Of a stretch of 64,000 bases of DNA, positions 39,801-51,598 are shown piece by piece. Both the position numbers and the translations under genes were made by a program. The number at the start of each line of letters is the position of its first letter. Position 1 is the first letter of the stretch. The stretch is from contig OZ260661.1 in assembly GCA_965285935.1 (NCBI GenBank), forward strand, positions 100,378,001-100,442,000. Direction: 5' to 3'. Origin of the DNA: Ophelia neglecta (Eukaryota). The notes beneath the pieces are model-generated. The model was not told the origin of the DNA. It searched no databases and saw only the letters and a list, made by a program, of their open reading frames with translations.

Positions 39801-42539
39801 AGCACATGTATACTACTCACAAAACCTGGATGGGGGCAGACTTCTCTATGTGTGTGCAAAAGAAAAAAGTGTACTTGAAAGGTGGGTTTCTTTTCTATGT
39901 ATTGAAAAGTATTAATTTACTGAATGGCATTTTTCTGTGGATTTAAAGTTCTTTATTGGCAAGATTTATCCATAATACTATTGGAAACAGATGGAGTTTT
40001 ACCTGATCAAAAACTATAAAAAGGAAAGCATTTAATTCTTTCAAAGTGTGTATTTCTGGATTTTCTTTTAGGTATACTGACCTTTACCAGAACCATGCCA
40101 CTTTGGTATCAAGTGGAAACTCTAGTCAAATCAGGGCTATGTCTAAACTAGTGACTCAGCAATTATCTTCACTCAGAAAGACTCCCCCAATAAAAAAACA
40201 AAAATCAGTTAGCCGTGGGTTACCAAAATGGATGTCAGAGAAATCTAATCCAACAAAGAAGAAAACTGAGTTGAAGAAGATACCACTTCAGTTGTTAACT
40301 CTGGATTCCTCTTCAATTGAAACTGAATCACCTGCAAAAAGGTGATTTTACAATTGTTATTATCTACTGCCATTTTATACTATACATCTGTAAGATGAAT
40401 GCCATTCACAAACCTATTCTCTTGAAGGTAAAATAGTTCATACATGTATCGTCTGTATATCATTTATTTGTCAGAAGAAAGAAAGGTAAAGATAAAGCAA
40501 AGACAGTGAGAAGTGTTGACTATATGTTAGATGAGCAAGAACTGCTGGAAGCTGCTAAGAAAATATGGCAACAAGTGAGTAGTAAGGTGCCTCACATATG
40601 AGTCCAACTTTTAATGCTCTGTTCCTTTAATATTAATTCCAAAAAGAAAGTATATTTAGTAATTCCAGAATCAACAGGCTATAATAAAACTAATTTGGTT
40701 AAACACATAAATGTTGTAGATCTAACTTAGAAACTTATAAAGGTTGTATAAAAAATTCCCTGTTGTGAAAACTGGTCTACTTGTTTTGCAAGGGAGCTAT
40801 CACTGCCAGTACATAGTGTATCCGTATAAACTTTAGGCAGGCAGACAGCTACCAAGTGAGGCTGAAATAGAACAGAGACAAGCAAGACCGTCTGCTAGTT
40901 TAAGGACCCTGCCTATAGAAAGCACATCTGCTGGAGAAACAAGGTTGATATTTCAATGCCTTTTTATTAATAAGCCTAATGATTATTAAATATTTACATG
41001 ATAATTAAAGAACCATGAGATTTTTATTGGTACAATCTTGTCGACTACTTTGCAGTCAACAAGCCCCGAGAAAGGACAAAAAAGCAGAAGCCTCCAAGAA
41101 AACTGTTCCAGTGGGCAAATCCACAGAATCTGACAGTTCCTCAGACTCGGAAGTATTACAGGATTTATTGAAATTCTCCAGCAAGAGTCGTCAGTCTAGG
41201 TAAACACATGATTAGATTTTGAAGAAAGATACTGTAGGTATTAACCAACTTTGTCCAAGGAAAATTACAAGCATTATGTGCAAATAAATTGTGCCTATGT
41301 TATTTACTATTCCCTTGTATTTTTTTTTCCAGTTAAACATATTTTAAAATTACAGCAAATCAATTGTGTTACTTTATTTGCAGATCAAGTCCATTGTCAC
41401 CAGACCCAGCCAAACCCAGGAAGATCACAGCTGTAGAGAAATCTGCAGGAGACGGTTGGGACATATTAGATATGTTTGTACCTAATACTTCATCCAATCC
41501 TTCGTCCTCTGGAAAATCCCAGAAGTCACAAAGCTCAAGGACCACCCAAATGGATAGTTATGTTTCTGAAACTGACTCTCAGAGGTCAAGTATCGGAAAA
41601 ATCAAAAGGTCACCTGCACAAAGCAGATTGGCAATGACCCACTCCCCAGATGACACAGTTATTATTGATAGTTTCTTTGATAGTTTTCATAATACTGACC
41701 AAACGTCAAAAAAAGCCAAAACTATCAACTTTGCAGTTCCACAACTACCTCCAGTGTCAAGGAATTCAAGTCACTCTAGCAAATTAAGTAAGTCATCAGT
41801 ATCAAGAGTGAGTGATAGCATAGTGTCAGAAACAAATAGCTCTAGTAAATCTATTCTAAGTCATAGAGCTGTCTCTTCTCCCACTTCACAAGTAGCTGAC
41901 AGCTTTGTGCCAGAAAGTAGTTCATCAACAGGAAGAAGGCTGTCTAATAGATCCGGTTTGTCTGTGAGAACAGTGCCCGACAGCTTGGTACTAGAATCAA
42001 AGTCCTCTAGGGGTACTCTGAGTTCAAGTAAGTCTGGTGGATCTCGGAGGACTATTCAAGACAGCTTAGTTCTGGGCACTAGTAGTGCATCAATTAAGGC
42101 AGGTAGCTCTGGTAAATCATATGGATCCAGACATTCAATAGCTGATAGCTATGTTCCTGATACCGATAGTTTAACTAGTATAAGGTCTCCCGTATCTGTT
42201 GGATCGAAGACATCTATATCAGATAGTATAGTGTCAAAAACAGGAAGTGACTTCTCTGGTCCTAAAAACCCATGCTCTTCTCCACAGAATAAGTATGTTA
42301 CAGATAGTTTAGTCCGTAATACAGGATCATCTCAACATTCAAACCAAAGGAAATCTCCCAGAAACTCTGGCCCTAGTGAAATTTCTGATGGACTGGTGCC
42401 AAATACTCCATCCTCTGGTCATCAGGCCTCAACAGTTTTGTCCAGCAGCTCTTCAAAGAAAAAGTCAATCCAAGATCACAGTGACTCACCTCCTAGTCCT
42501 GAACCGGACCAAGCACTGTTAGACTTGTTTAGATTGTGA
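30866..42539 (+). CDS. Uncharacterised ~976-aa protein: PNK-like P-loop kinase + degenerate HAD phosphatase + Ku-binding/MRI(CYREN)-like motifs + Ser-rich repeat tail; 15 exons
   Basis: GT-AG exons 30866-30925, 35278-35412, 35894-35971, 36261-36411, 37123-37196, 38526-38688, 38952-39010, 39147-39269, 39441-39542, 39673-39881, 40072-40341, 40475-40574, 40837-40943, 41056-41199 and 41384-42539 sum to 2931 nt in frame. Motifs: EVVIFYGPPCI|GKT, NIVLDDRFESSKTRQSY, EPPSEDEGF, ENPALIIQWEGMV, SRPPNPGV, RGLPKWM, YMLDEQELLEAAKKI. Confidence 0.82.
31099..31260. mobile_element. MITE/transposon end fragment with short actcggc repeats
   Basis: Several actcggc(a/c)cc units in ~160 bp, typical of subterminal repeats of non-autonomous DNA transposons. 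Confidence 0.45.
31718..34344. mobile_element. Mutator/Foldback-like element with subterminal 17-bp tandem arrays
   Basis: Left array (ggcccattggtcctac)n at ~31739-31885; inverted array (gtaggaccaatgggcc)n at ~34191-34328; flanking direct repeat (c)aaactaatg at 31708-31717 and 34344-34353 (9-10-bp TSD). Confidence 0.8.
32620..32896 (+). pseudogene. Transposase C-terminal remnant (short 33-36-bp repeats + PHD-finger half), probably from a nested pogo/Tigger-like element at ~31908-34167
   Basis: KCDICSKWAYNECAGL...YICNCDFC* resembles the terminal PHD of DDE_1 transposases. Weak inverted ends ggggaaaccggg (~31908) and cccgactttaccc-TA (~34167). Confidence 0.5.
36863..37060. mobile_element. MITE with 12-bp TIRs and 6-bp TSD
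   Basis: catgat|cagtgattcatt...aatgaatcactg|catgat. Confidence 0.75.
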
Positions 42540-44165
42540 GACAGGAATCGTGCACCATAAGCTACATAGCAGTTCAGGGTAATTACCATTTACATGATGG
42601 GAAACTTAACAAAAAGCTGACTATGAAGACATGCTGCAAGTGTACCATGTCGCCATTTTTATCACATGACAAGGCCTTCCGCATGGACAACGGATTTTAA
42701 AGACATGATAAGAGTGATAGAATAGAATTTAACTTTTGAATTTTATGAGACGGTTTTAATGTACTGGAATTTACTGTTTCCTGTAGATCTTTGATAAATT
42801 ATTAATTTACAGAGTTTGAAGGAAGAATTTAATATTCCACTTTTTGTTATTCAGGTACAACATGTATACAACATTTTATCATCGTTTTCTGAATATTTTG
42901 TTACCCATATAATATCTACAGTTTTAGTGAATGCTCTTTCTATCAAAGAAGTCTCTTGCCCCTCTCTCTACTCTTGCCCCTCTTTCTACATTTTTTTTTA
43001 AAGAAAGGGGATGTGTTTTAGGCATTGTCTTCCACCCTTTGTACCACTGCTGACTTGTGAGAAATGCTAATATAACCAAGATATGCATTGACTTTAAAGC
43101 ATGTGATGTAGGGAAAACATGATTTTGTTGGAAGTCTAACTTACAGCTATGACTACTGGGGCTATTGAGGGGGGGGGGGGGGGGGCTGGCATGGCTGTCT
43201 AAACTCTTAATTGTTATCAGTAATGTACATGCATACAATGCATATAATGTACTTATAATTTTATTGATGTACATTTGTTTTGTCCTAAATATTAGTGAGA
43301 GATACATTACTAATTATTTCAATGTTCATAATACATTGCACTGTCTGTGATACATGTTTTTTCCATGTTTTAATATTGATATAAAGCAGAGCTGTACCCT
43401 GCATGTTGTTTCTCCTCTTTACGCTGAAAAATATTTTTCAACCTGACTGTTACTTAATAGATCTATTGGCATGCTGCACTTTCCTAATTTATTTTTTTAA
43501 TAACTTAGCCATTCATTGAGATATACTAATAATGCCCACTAAACTTCACCATATAATGTATATAATGGTTTGATAGGCAACAGTTTGTGGGCCACAGTCA
43601 AAGTTATACCATCATTTAACAAGGGACCCAGACCTTCTTAGACTAGGTCTTCCAACCCAGTCCATGGGATCTTATCCTTCAACCAGGTCCTCTTATACTG
43701 TGTACAGGACCAGGGGTTGAGTTCTGGAATGTTGGAGACTAAAGGTTTTGACTTATGTCAGTAAGTAATACTGTTTATGTATTAGAGTTGAGTCTAAAAC
43801 AAGAACATGTTCAAAAGCCTTTGTTATTAACTGCTTAAGTTTCCAGCCTTCCAGAACTCCAGCCCAGTCTACAGGACCTGGTCCTCTGTTGAGAATAGCA
43901 TATAAAAAGGTCATTTTTATGTCCCCATTCATAACAGTGAAAATTATGTACATTATGTAAATGTTAAGGAAATAAACTTGAAAATATTATTCTTTTTAAT
44001 TTGTAATTTAAATGTTATAGTGTTTTATTCACAATTTTATTAAAGAAATATATGGAAGCCCAATAGGGCCAACCAGATTATTTTTATCCTAATATTACAT
44101 GTAATTTAACTTGTTTTTTTTTTATAATTATTTGAGATTTCATCTTAAAATTATCGGTTTGTTGG

Positions 44166-44484
44166 TTGTTTCTTTTTTGGGGGGTTTTACGTGGCTTTCA
44201 ACACTTATCGGTCATATCGCCACAGTGCCTACTTGTGACAGTGGGCTCAATGCCCTCTTTAGAGTGCTGCCTCACTGGAGTACCTGCCGTAGACACCAGA
44301 AAGGGAACCCCAACCAGGCACATTATACTTACACCGGGTTGACCGGTCCCGATGCTCCCCCGATATACTGGGCGCCTGGCAGGGGAGCTATTAGTACCTA
44401 ATTTTACATCTAAGGTTTGACGGATCGAGCTTGATCTCCCACTTGCGAGGCGGACGCCCCAACCACTCGGCCACGCTTTGGTGG
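44166..44484 (-). mobile_element. Full-length tRNA-derived SINE with 15-bp TSD
   Basis: On the minus strand: A box tggccgagtgg, B-box-like gctcgatcc, A/C-rich tail. TSD ttatcggtttgttgg at 44151-44165 and 44485-44499. Confidence 0.85.
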
Positions 44485-46233
44485 TTATCGGTTTGTTGGA
44501 AATAACACATTTTTTTTGCTTTTTGTAGAAAAACATATTGCGGACTGCTGAATATATAAATTCACAGGAAAAATGTTATTTGAAGTACCTGTAATAAGAT
44601 ATAGGAGTAGCTTTTTTTGCATTAATGCACACTTATCTAGTGCATTTAAAGATTTGATTGCATGAAGGATGAACCCCCCAAAAAATAATTTCCAATTGAA
44701 CTCGCCTTTGATAATTTTATTTTAAATGTGGACCTACTGATTTTATAGATTAGCACATAGTAAAGTTACTAAAGAGTGCCATATAAGCTTTAAATAGCTT
44801 CACCAAGTTGCTGATCCAATTAATCTTATGCTGTACCACGAATAGGATAAACATTTCTTGTCCGATTGGCACCAACATCAAGATAAAAGTTTATGCTTTT
44901 ACCAAAATAAGTTTCACCATTTTGGCTGATGGATTACAACCAAATAAGGCAAACCGTTCTACTTTTTTTGGGGGCTGAAATGCTTCCTTGTCACACATTG
45001 TGACACAATACGACAACTCCCTACCTAAACAGGTCTGCATAACAACACACAGCTAGAACTACAACCATAGTGGCAAATAGCATCAAATAGGGATGCATTC
45101 ATTTCTCCTATTAACCAGGGACCACGCTGGCAGTAGAAAAAATAGTGCACTAATGATCCATGCAATAAGATAGCTGTTTCCGAGTGTCTTCCTTGAATGC
45201 TTTGTAAAGTGGTCTCTCATTGGCTAGTAAAGCATTATTCCCCAAATCTATGAATAGTTGCTGACTAGAGTCTGCACATTTTTGAAAATAACTGCCAAAC
45301 CAGGCCTATAGTCAGAAATGAAAGCCTGATAAAATTCCAGCGTGTTCTAACCCAGGACTCGAATTAGATACTGGGTTGACTTAAAGCCCTGAGTTGTTTG
45401 GGTTGTGACTATGTCAAAGGTTCAAATTAACATTAATTATGAACACGTACACACACATGATGAAAAACATAATCTTTGTTTGAGCAAAAAGAACAAAAAA
45501 CCTGATTATTACAAAGGAAAGTAGCATCTTCTGATTAACAAATTTTATTTTAAAAACATATTCTTAAAAAAAGCAGACATCTTTCCATGTTTTTGTTTTT
45601 TTGATTTTTGGATACATATGGACAGTTAATACAAGATAATAAATACCTTGAACAACAAACCCCTTCTTAATTAAATCTGCAAATGTTCCATGAATATAAT
45701 ATGTCACACACATTTACACTTGCACACTGCTTTGGGTTACAAGACTTATTCATAAATGATGTACCTTAAACACTAGTCACGGTCAATTGGTTTAAAACTA
45801 ATATCAAATATATAGCACAATTTCTTTACAGGGTCTCCATGCATTAAGTAGGGGACAAAAGAACTATATCAACTGCTGGCAACATTTACGATAATTTGGA
45901 TAGGACTTAAACCAATTATTTACCCATATTGTATGAACTGTATCATTTGTCAGGTTTATTACAACTTTTAACCAGTGGGCCAAACTTTTTGTCCTTCCAG
46001 TACATCTAGTCTATGTAATAATGCCTCACAATATGGCAATGATGTGTTTGCGCCTCAAGGCAAGGGATGCAGGACTTCCGAGTTAACATGCAGGCATCAT
46101 TTGCTGTCCAGAATGGGGTTAATTGATCTAATCCGCAAAATATCAGGGTCTTCATCAATGTCATTGCTGTGGAGACCCTGGTATAGCACCATGAACCATT
46201 CTTGTGTGAATAGCAGAAAAAAACTTTCCAGTA

Positions 46234-46390
46234 CAGTGGAACCCCTGATGAAAGATGAGCCCCAAAATGGCCAAAATAACCTTTTTTGCACAACGGTTTT
46301 CTATACCTGCCATGTAATTCAAACCCTGATGGGAGTCCATCCCTCTTATAAGACCAGTTATATGGTGGTCTCTCTTGAGGGGTTCCACTG
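46234..46390. mobile_element. Tc1/mariner (Tigger-like) MITE
   Basis: TA|cagtggaacccct...aggggttccactg|TA. Confidence 0.85.
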
Positions 46391-47383
46391 TAATCACTTT
46401 TTGGCTTGGTCATGACTATCCAAAATGGCAGAATAATCACTTGGCACTAAATACAAAACCAGCAAATGTTTCAATAAGTGAAAACTAAGGCTGCATGGAA
46501 TTCCTCTTATTATCTGGGACATAAAAATTTTCATTCAACTGTCACCGAAGAGATACTGGATTTGTCTGAGAATTTCACACCAGAAAAAAGAGCAAGTCAT
46601 CCTTGCAGTACCCTGTGCTCCTAATGTAGCTCCAAATTTAGCTGCTAAAAAGGCTGAAAGTATGGTTTCTAGGATTTAATTTCCAAAAGATACACAAAGC
46701 ATACATCTGAGTACTCAATAAACCCAAAAGTGTTTACTTTAAGCCTTCCAATGTATTGATGTTATTGAGAACTGCTATACATGCATGTTGCGTCCTACAA
46801 ATCATGTTTGTAGTTTTTGTTTATGCAGTAGGAGTTTCAAATGGGCTTCAGGCAAAGAACTGCAAACTTTGCCAAATCCATCCTCTTATACATTTGGGCT
46901 TTCACCATTCTTTTGCTCAAAGCTATGAGACTTACAGAATTAAACTTTCATAGGGAAACTAATATCTCAGTATGCGTCTATATAGGCAAATGTACAGGAT
47001 TGAATGAGCACACGCAAGTTACAATAATGCTGACAATAATGCATATAATATAGGCACTTTAATCATTACACTTGTGAAGCTATAAACAGATGACATGACA
47101 TGACAAGTCTCAGTGTAGAAACTAGAAAATTGAAATAACGAACTTTAATATACAAAACAATATCAGTAATATCAACATCATAGGCACCCAAATCACAAGA
47201 ATACCTACATCTACAGACAAGGAGAGCAGGCCCTCTAATCTGTCAGCTGGAATCTACCATACAGTAGCTGTCTATATAGTTGTGCTGAAACAAACACACA
47301 GAGTAAAACTTGTTCTGACTTTGGAGGGTAGGCTTATATAAACAATTGTAACGGACAAAATGGCTGGCAATTCACCATTATTT

Positions 47384-50300
47384 TCAGTATGACGGGGATG
47401 ATGAAGGTTCAAAGTCCATTTCCTCAACTTTATTTTGTTGTACAACTTTCTTAGCCCTTGTGTGTCGCTTTGGTCTCTTGTCATTCTTAGGTTTATGAGA
47501 CTTGGTTTTCTTCCTTGCGCCTCCAACGGCTGCATCCCCTGCCTCGGAGTCCACACTGCTACTTCTAGACTGGTGCTCTACAGAGTTAGAGTGAATCAAC
47601 TCAGATTTAGCTGAATGCACCAGATCATGAAAAGAGTCTAGATCTCGCTTAATTTCTTTTGTATCCCGTTGTGCTGAAGGTAGCTCTGAAGTATTTGGAG
47701 CACTGATGTTTAAAGCATGTGTGGGCCTTAGAACCTGTCCTTGATTTTGTACATTCCTGACTCTATCTACCGGGTCTTCCATTGAAGACTCAGAGGAGTT
47801 TAAACTTGATATGGAGTCATTAGAAGACACTTTGGCTAGCTGCTCAACAGTTCCTGGGAACTTCAGAGGCTTCCACTCTGGTGTATCTTTTTCCTCTTTG
47901 ACGCGGTCTTCAACCTCATCATCAAGGACAATCAAATCTAGTTGTTCGTGCTCTGGCTCCGGTAGCTCATGTCGTAAAGGGGACTTTTGGTGATAGGTGG
48001 TCTTTCTTGGTAATAAAGGTGAACTACTCTGTGTAGGCACAGGGATAGGGCCAGTCAACACTAACCTACGAGCAGTGGCACTTTCTACAGGAAAGTTTAC
48101 ATGGTTATCAGGAGGAACTTCAAATTCTGGAGAAACTGCAAAAAAAGAAGGAATTGCCAATAAAAACTGTGTTTTTCTAAAATAAAATTAGGATATATTT
48201 TTTTTTATTTCTCATAAAATGTATTTAAACACAAACAGAGCCAGAATTAAGTGATAAATCTGCACAAAACAAGTCACATGTCATCACCTGGGAAATTTTT
48301 TATTTTTAAATATATGAAAATGAACTCAAGACTCTAATCACAGGTGGTTCAAAATACATGTATGTAAAATGAAAGTATGATTGAACATTACAACACCTAC
48401 ATGTATTAAAATAAAACAAGGCTGGATTCCACCCCCGGAATCACTTGTGCAGAATTTCTATTGAAAAGATTTCCCACCCTACCAGTCACCTTAGTTTCTA
48501 GGTACATGTTTTAATTTCCATTGGTATAATTAATGGGCATGTCTAATGAGGAAAAATGTCCTGTGGTTGGATGGAGTCCCTTCATCGAAGGGTCCCTTTA
48601 TCGCAGGGAGCATTGTACCACAATTCAAGCTGGACGTCTACTACTGAAAGAAGGTCTACTGCATTTATGTAGTCAAAAGTTAAAGTGTGCAAGGGATAAC
48701 TGAGGCCCTTTATTTTAGTCGAAAGTTAAAACTTTGGGGTGAGGAGGATTCTGAATTCAATGGTGGGGGACACCTTTTTAGAATTGGAAAGGCCTAAAAT
48801 TTATAATTATAATCATAAATATTAACCATTCATATGTGGATAATTGACTTCTGGCATAGCCAATGCATTGCTCCTAGTTTCGAGGTCATCTACTTCTTTC
48901 ATCAGCTTCGCCCGGTAGGTTTCTGTTTCTGCCACTTGCTCGCACAGCCCCTAAAGAGATATTTAAGTAAAACTAGAAATGTTAATTTCAACAATGAAAC
49001 AATGTCAAATACCAGTATACAAATTTCAATAGCTTATATGTTTAGAACTTGTGTCACTTTTCTGTAAAAAAATAAATAACTTTACCATTAATTGTTGATG
49101 GAGTACTTCATTTAAGTTCTGGAAGCTAACCACTGACTGAAGCTTGCCTCTTGCGTCCAACATTTCTGAGCTGACAACAATATAACATTAAATTATTTTT
49201 TGGTTATTCAAATATGATCCTATTTGATAGTTCTACAGCAATGGTTTTTCAAGTTGAACACACTGCTATGTTGGAATTCTGTAAATACAGTGGTTGGCTA
49301 AAGTTTTGTTCCATTTAAAGGTTTCTTTGGCATTTGATTAAATCTTTAATATAATATAAACTATTATTCCTTTCAGAGTGCTAGACAGACATATCTTATT
49401 TGAATAGGTACAGAGCATACATTCTAAATCCATCACTGCCTATTAGAATATAGTATACATGTATATCAATTAAATGTTAAGGATGTAAAAATCTTTTGCG
49501 GGGTGATCACCTACCTAAAGTTCTGTACAGTCTTGTTGAAGATTCCAGTATTAGGATTGACAGTTTTACTGCCATGAGCTCTGTACTCCGACTGGGATTG
49601 GGCAGTGTCCCCTAAATTCTCAACTTGAACTGGTAATCCTTGGAATGTTCTATAAACAGTCAGCAGTTTAAATCCTTTAACTAGACAAAGTTTTCTTTAC
49701 TTATTAAGTTGATCTTATTAAGATTTTTTCACTTGTTTTGGTAACTTTCAACTATATCAGGTGTTTCTTACCTGCCATTATTGATGAAAAATGTGTGATC
49801 AAATGAATGGATTCCATGGTTTTGAGCAGTGTTAGATGTGCACAGACAAAACAGAAAATTATTCATGTTAAGTCCAGGGAAACACTCCTTAAGATGCCTA
49901 TGAATGGCTCTCTCTCGCATTGACATTATAAAACTGGAGTTTCTTCTGAACTTGTACCATCCAACAACCTCCTACAATTAAATTAAGACAATCAGCTTAT
50001 AAGATTAATTTTTATGTCATTTTAAGTATCACTTTGTTCTTACATCATACATTAGCACCAATTACTATGAATTTTTAAGGTTACGCACTCGGTGTTGACC
50101 ATTTGTGCCTTTGACTGTCTGAAACAAATCCATCAATCTCTCTTGATCAACCCTACCACTGCTGTTATACCAATTGAACAGTCCAATACAGGGGACAAAA
50201 GAATAGACATCTGGAAAGACAAAAGTATTGATTTCTGATAAAAACACATATCTTAACCAGCTTAGCTTATACTTACATAGATAATTTGTGATATTTGTGG

Positions 50301-51598
50301 GGCTTGATTCCTTGTTAAAAAAGGCAGAGTGTCTGGGCATCCCTGCTAATTTTAGTTTCAGGGCCACATGGAGATACACAAGCAATGAATGCTATAAACT
50401 AGCAATACAGGTTAAGAACAATCTATGAGGAAATCCCTCAATCTTGTGCCAACGAATTGTCATCATTTACCTTAAATTTTGTGGATTTATGAAAGTGTAT
50501 CATCTTAAATTGCACTATACTTAAATTTTAATTAATTACATTACTCACATGTTATATTCTCTTCTTTCACATTGTTGATCTGAGAATCACTTATGGTATC
50601 TGTCACATGGTTAACAACTTTTCCAAGCAAAAGACCTTCCTAAAAGAAGAAAAGTTTAAGATACAGTACAAAGCTGTTTAAAGCCTGGGAATTATGGTCT
50701 GGCAACAACCCATCCACCCATTCCTGAACATTAAACTATTAAAAATGTTTTTCCTTGCCTGAATTAATTCATAAAGCAAAGCATAAAAGAGGGTGGTAGA
50801 GTCACTTTTAGCTGTGCACGGGGACAGCAACCATGGATTAAAGGCTTTTTTGATGTTTTTACTCACAGATATAGCTATGGCAGCAGATAATCAAGGCCAA
50901 TAAATTAAACATTGATGTAATGAAAGTCCTAGCAAGCTGCTTGCCTTATAGCTGGGGAATGCATACCTTTATTTATTCATCGGTAGCAGCGGACAGGCAC
51001 CTCCCTTACATGTGTTGACACGATCAACGGGAGACAACAATCGTATAATTTAGCAAAAAAACAATGATAAAATGACATATTTAATTTGAAGTATATCTGT
51101 AGCTTTAAAACATCCAAATAATCCCTCCTCGGCACCCACTTCTATATATTTCTGCTCGGTTTCGGTGGGTTTTGGTCGGTTTCGTTGTTTAGTAGAACCG
51201 GGCTATCTTATAGATTGTTAGGCCTTAAATAAATACCCTTTCAAGCGGAGCACACATATGCTGACTCCAGATGACACTGCCCCCCTCCCCCGAACCCCAG
51301 GTTATCAAGGACTGGACACAGGATGATAGCGCAGTCATCAGAGCAGAAGTTCAACACACACACAAACTGGGTACAACAAATCATACTTCAAGCAAGCTGT
51401 TTCGTGCAATTGCAAGCGATGCAAACACTTCAGAATATATAATACTTTGTCATGTCGACCTTCAGAAACTGATGAAAGAAAACAATAAACAGATTTTATC
51501 ACAAATCAGAAAACATGTCTACTAACATTGTCACCATCAGCATTATTCTGTTCGTAGAATAATGAAGACAAAACAGCACCAGAAATATTCACACTCAT
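47384..51598 (-). CDS. ABRAXAS: BRCA1-A/BRISC scaffold Abraxas (FAM175 family, inactive MPN domain), 8 exons
   Basis: MSVNISGAVLSSLFYEQNNADGDN|EGLLLGKVVNHVTDTISDSQ..|YVYSFVPCIGLFNWYNSSG..|EVVGWYKFRRNSSFIMSMRERAIH..; LPVQVENLG; coiled coil; last exon ~47384-48136 ending SSSPSY*. Confidence 0.93.

Noticed and set aside
30866-42539. Calling the gene PNKP or CYREN outright
   Set aside because: No FHA domain, domain order reversed relative to PNKP and catalytic motifs degenerate. Similarity to CYREN is limited to short motifs, so no symbol was assigned.
44400-44480. tRNA-like sequence
   Set aside because: It is the head of a SINE with TSD and tail; no complete cloverleaf.
45975-46440. Overlapping 146-aa and 144-aa ORFs
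   Set aside because: They span a Tigger-like MITE and have no motifs or exon context.
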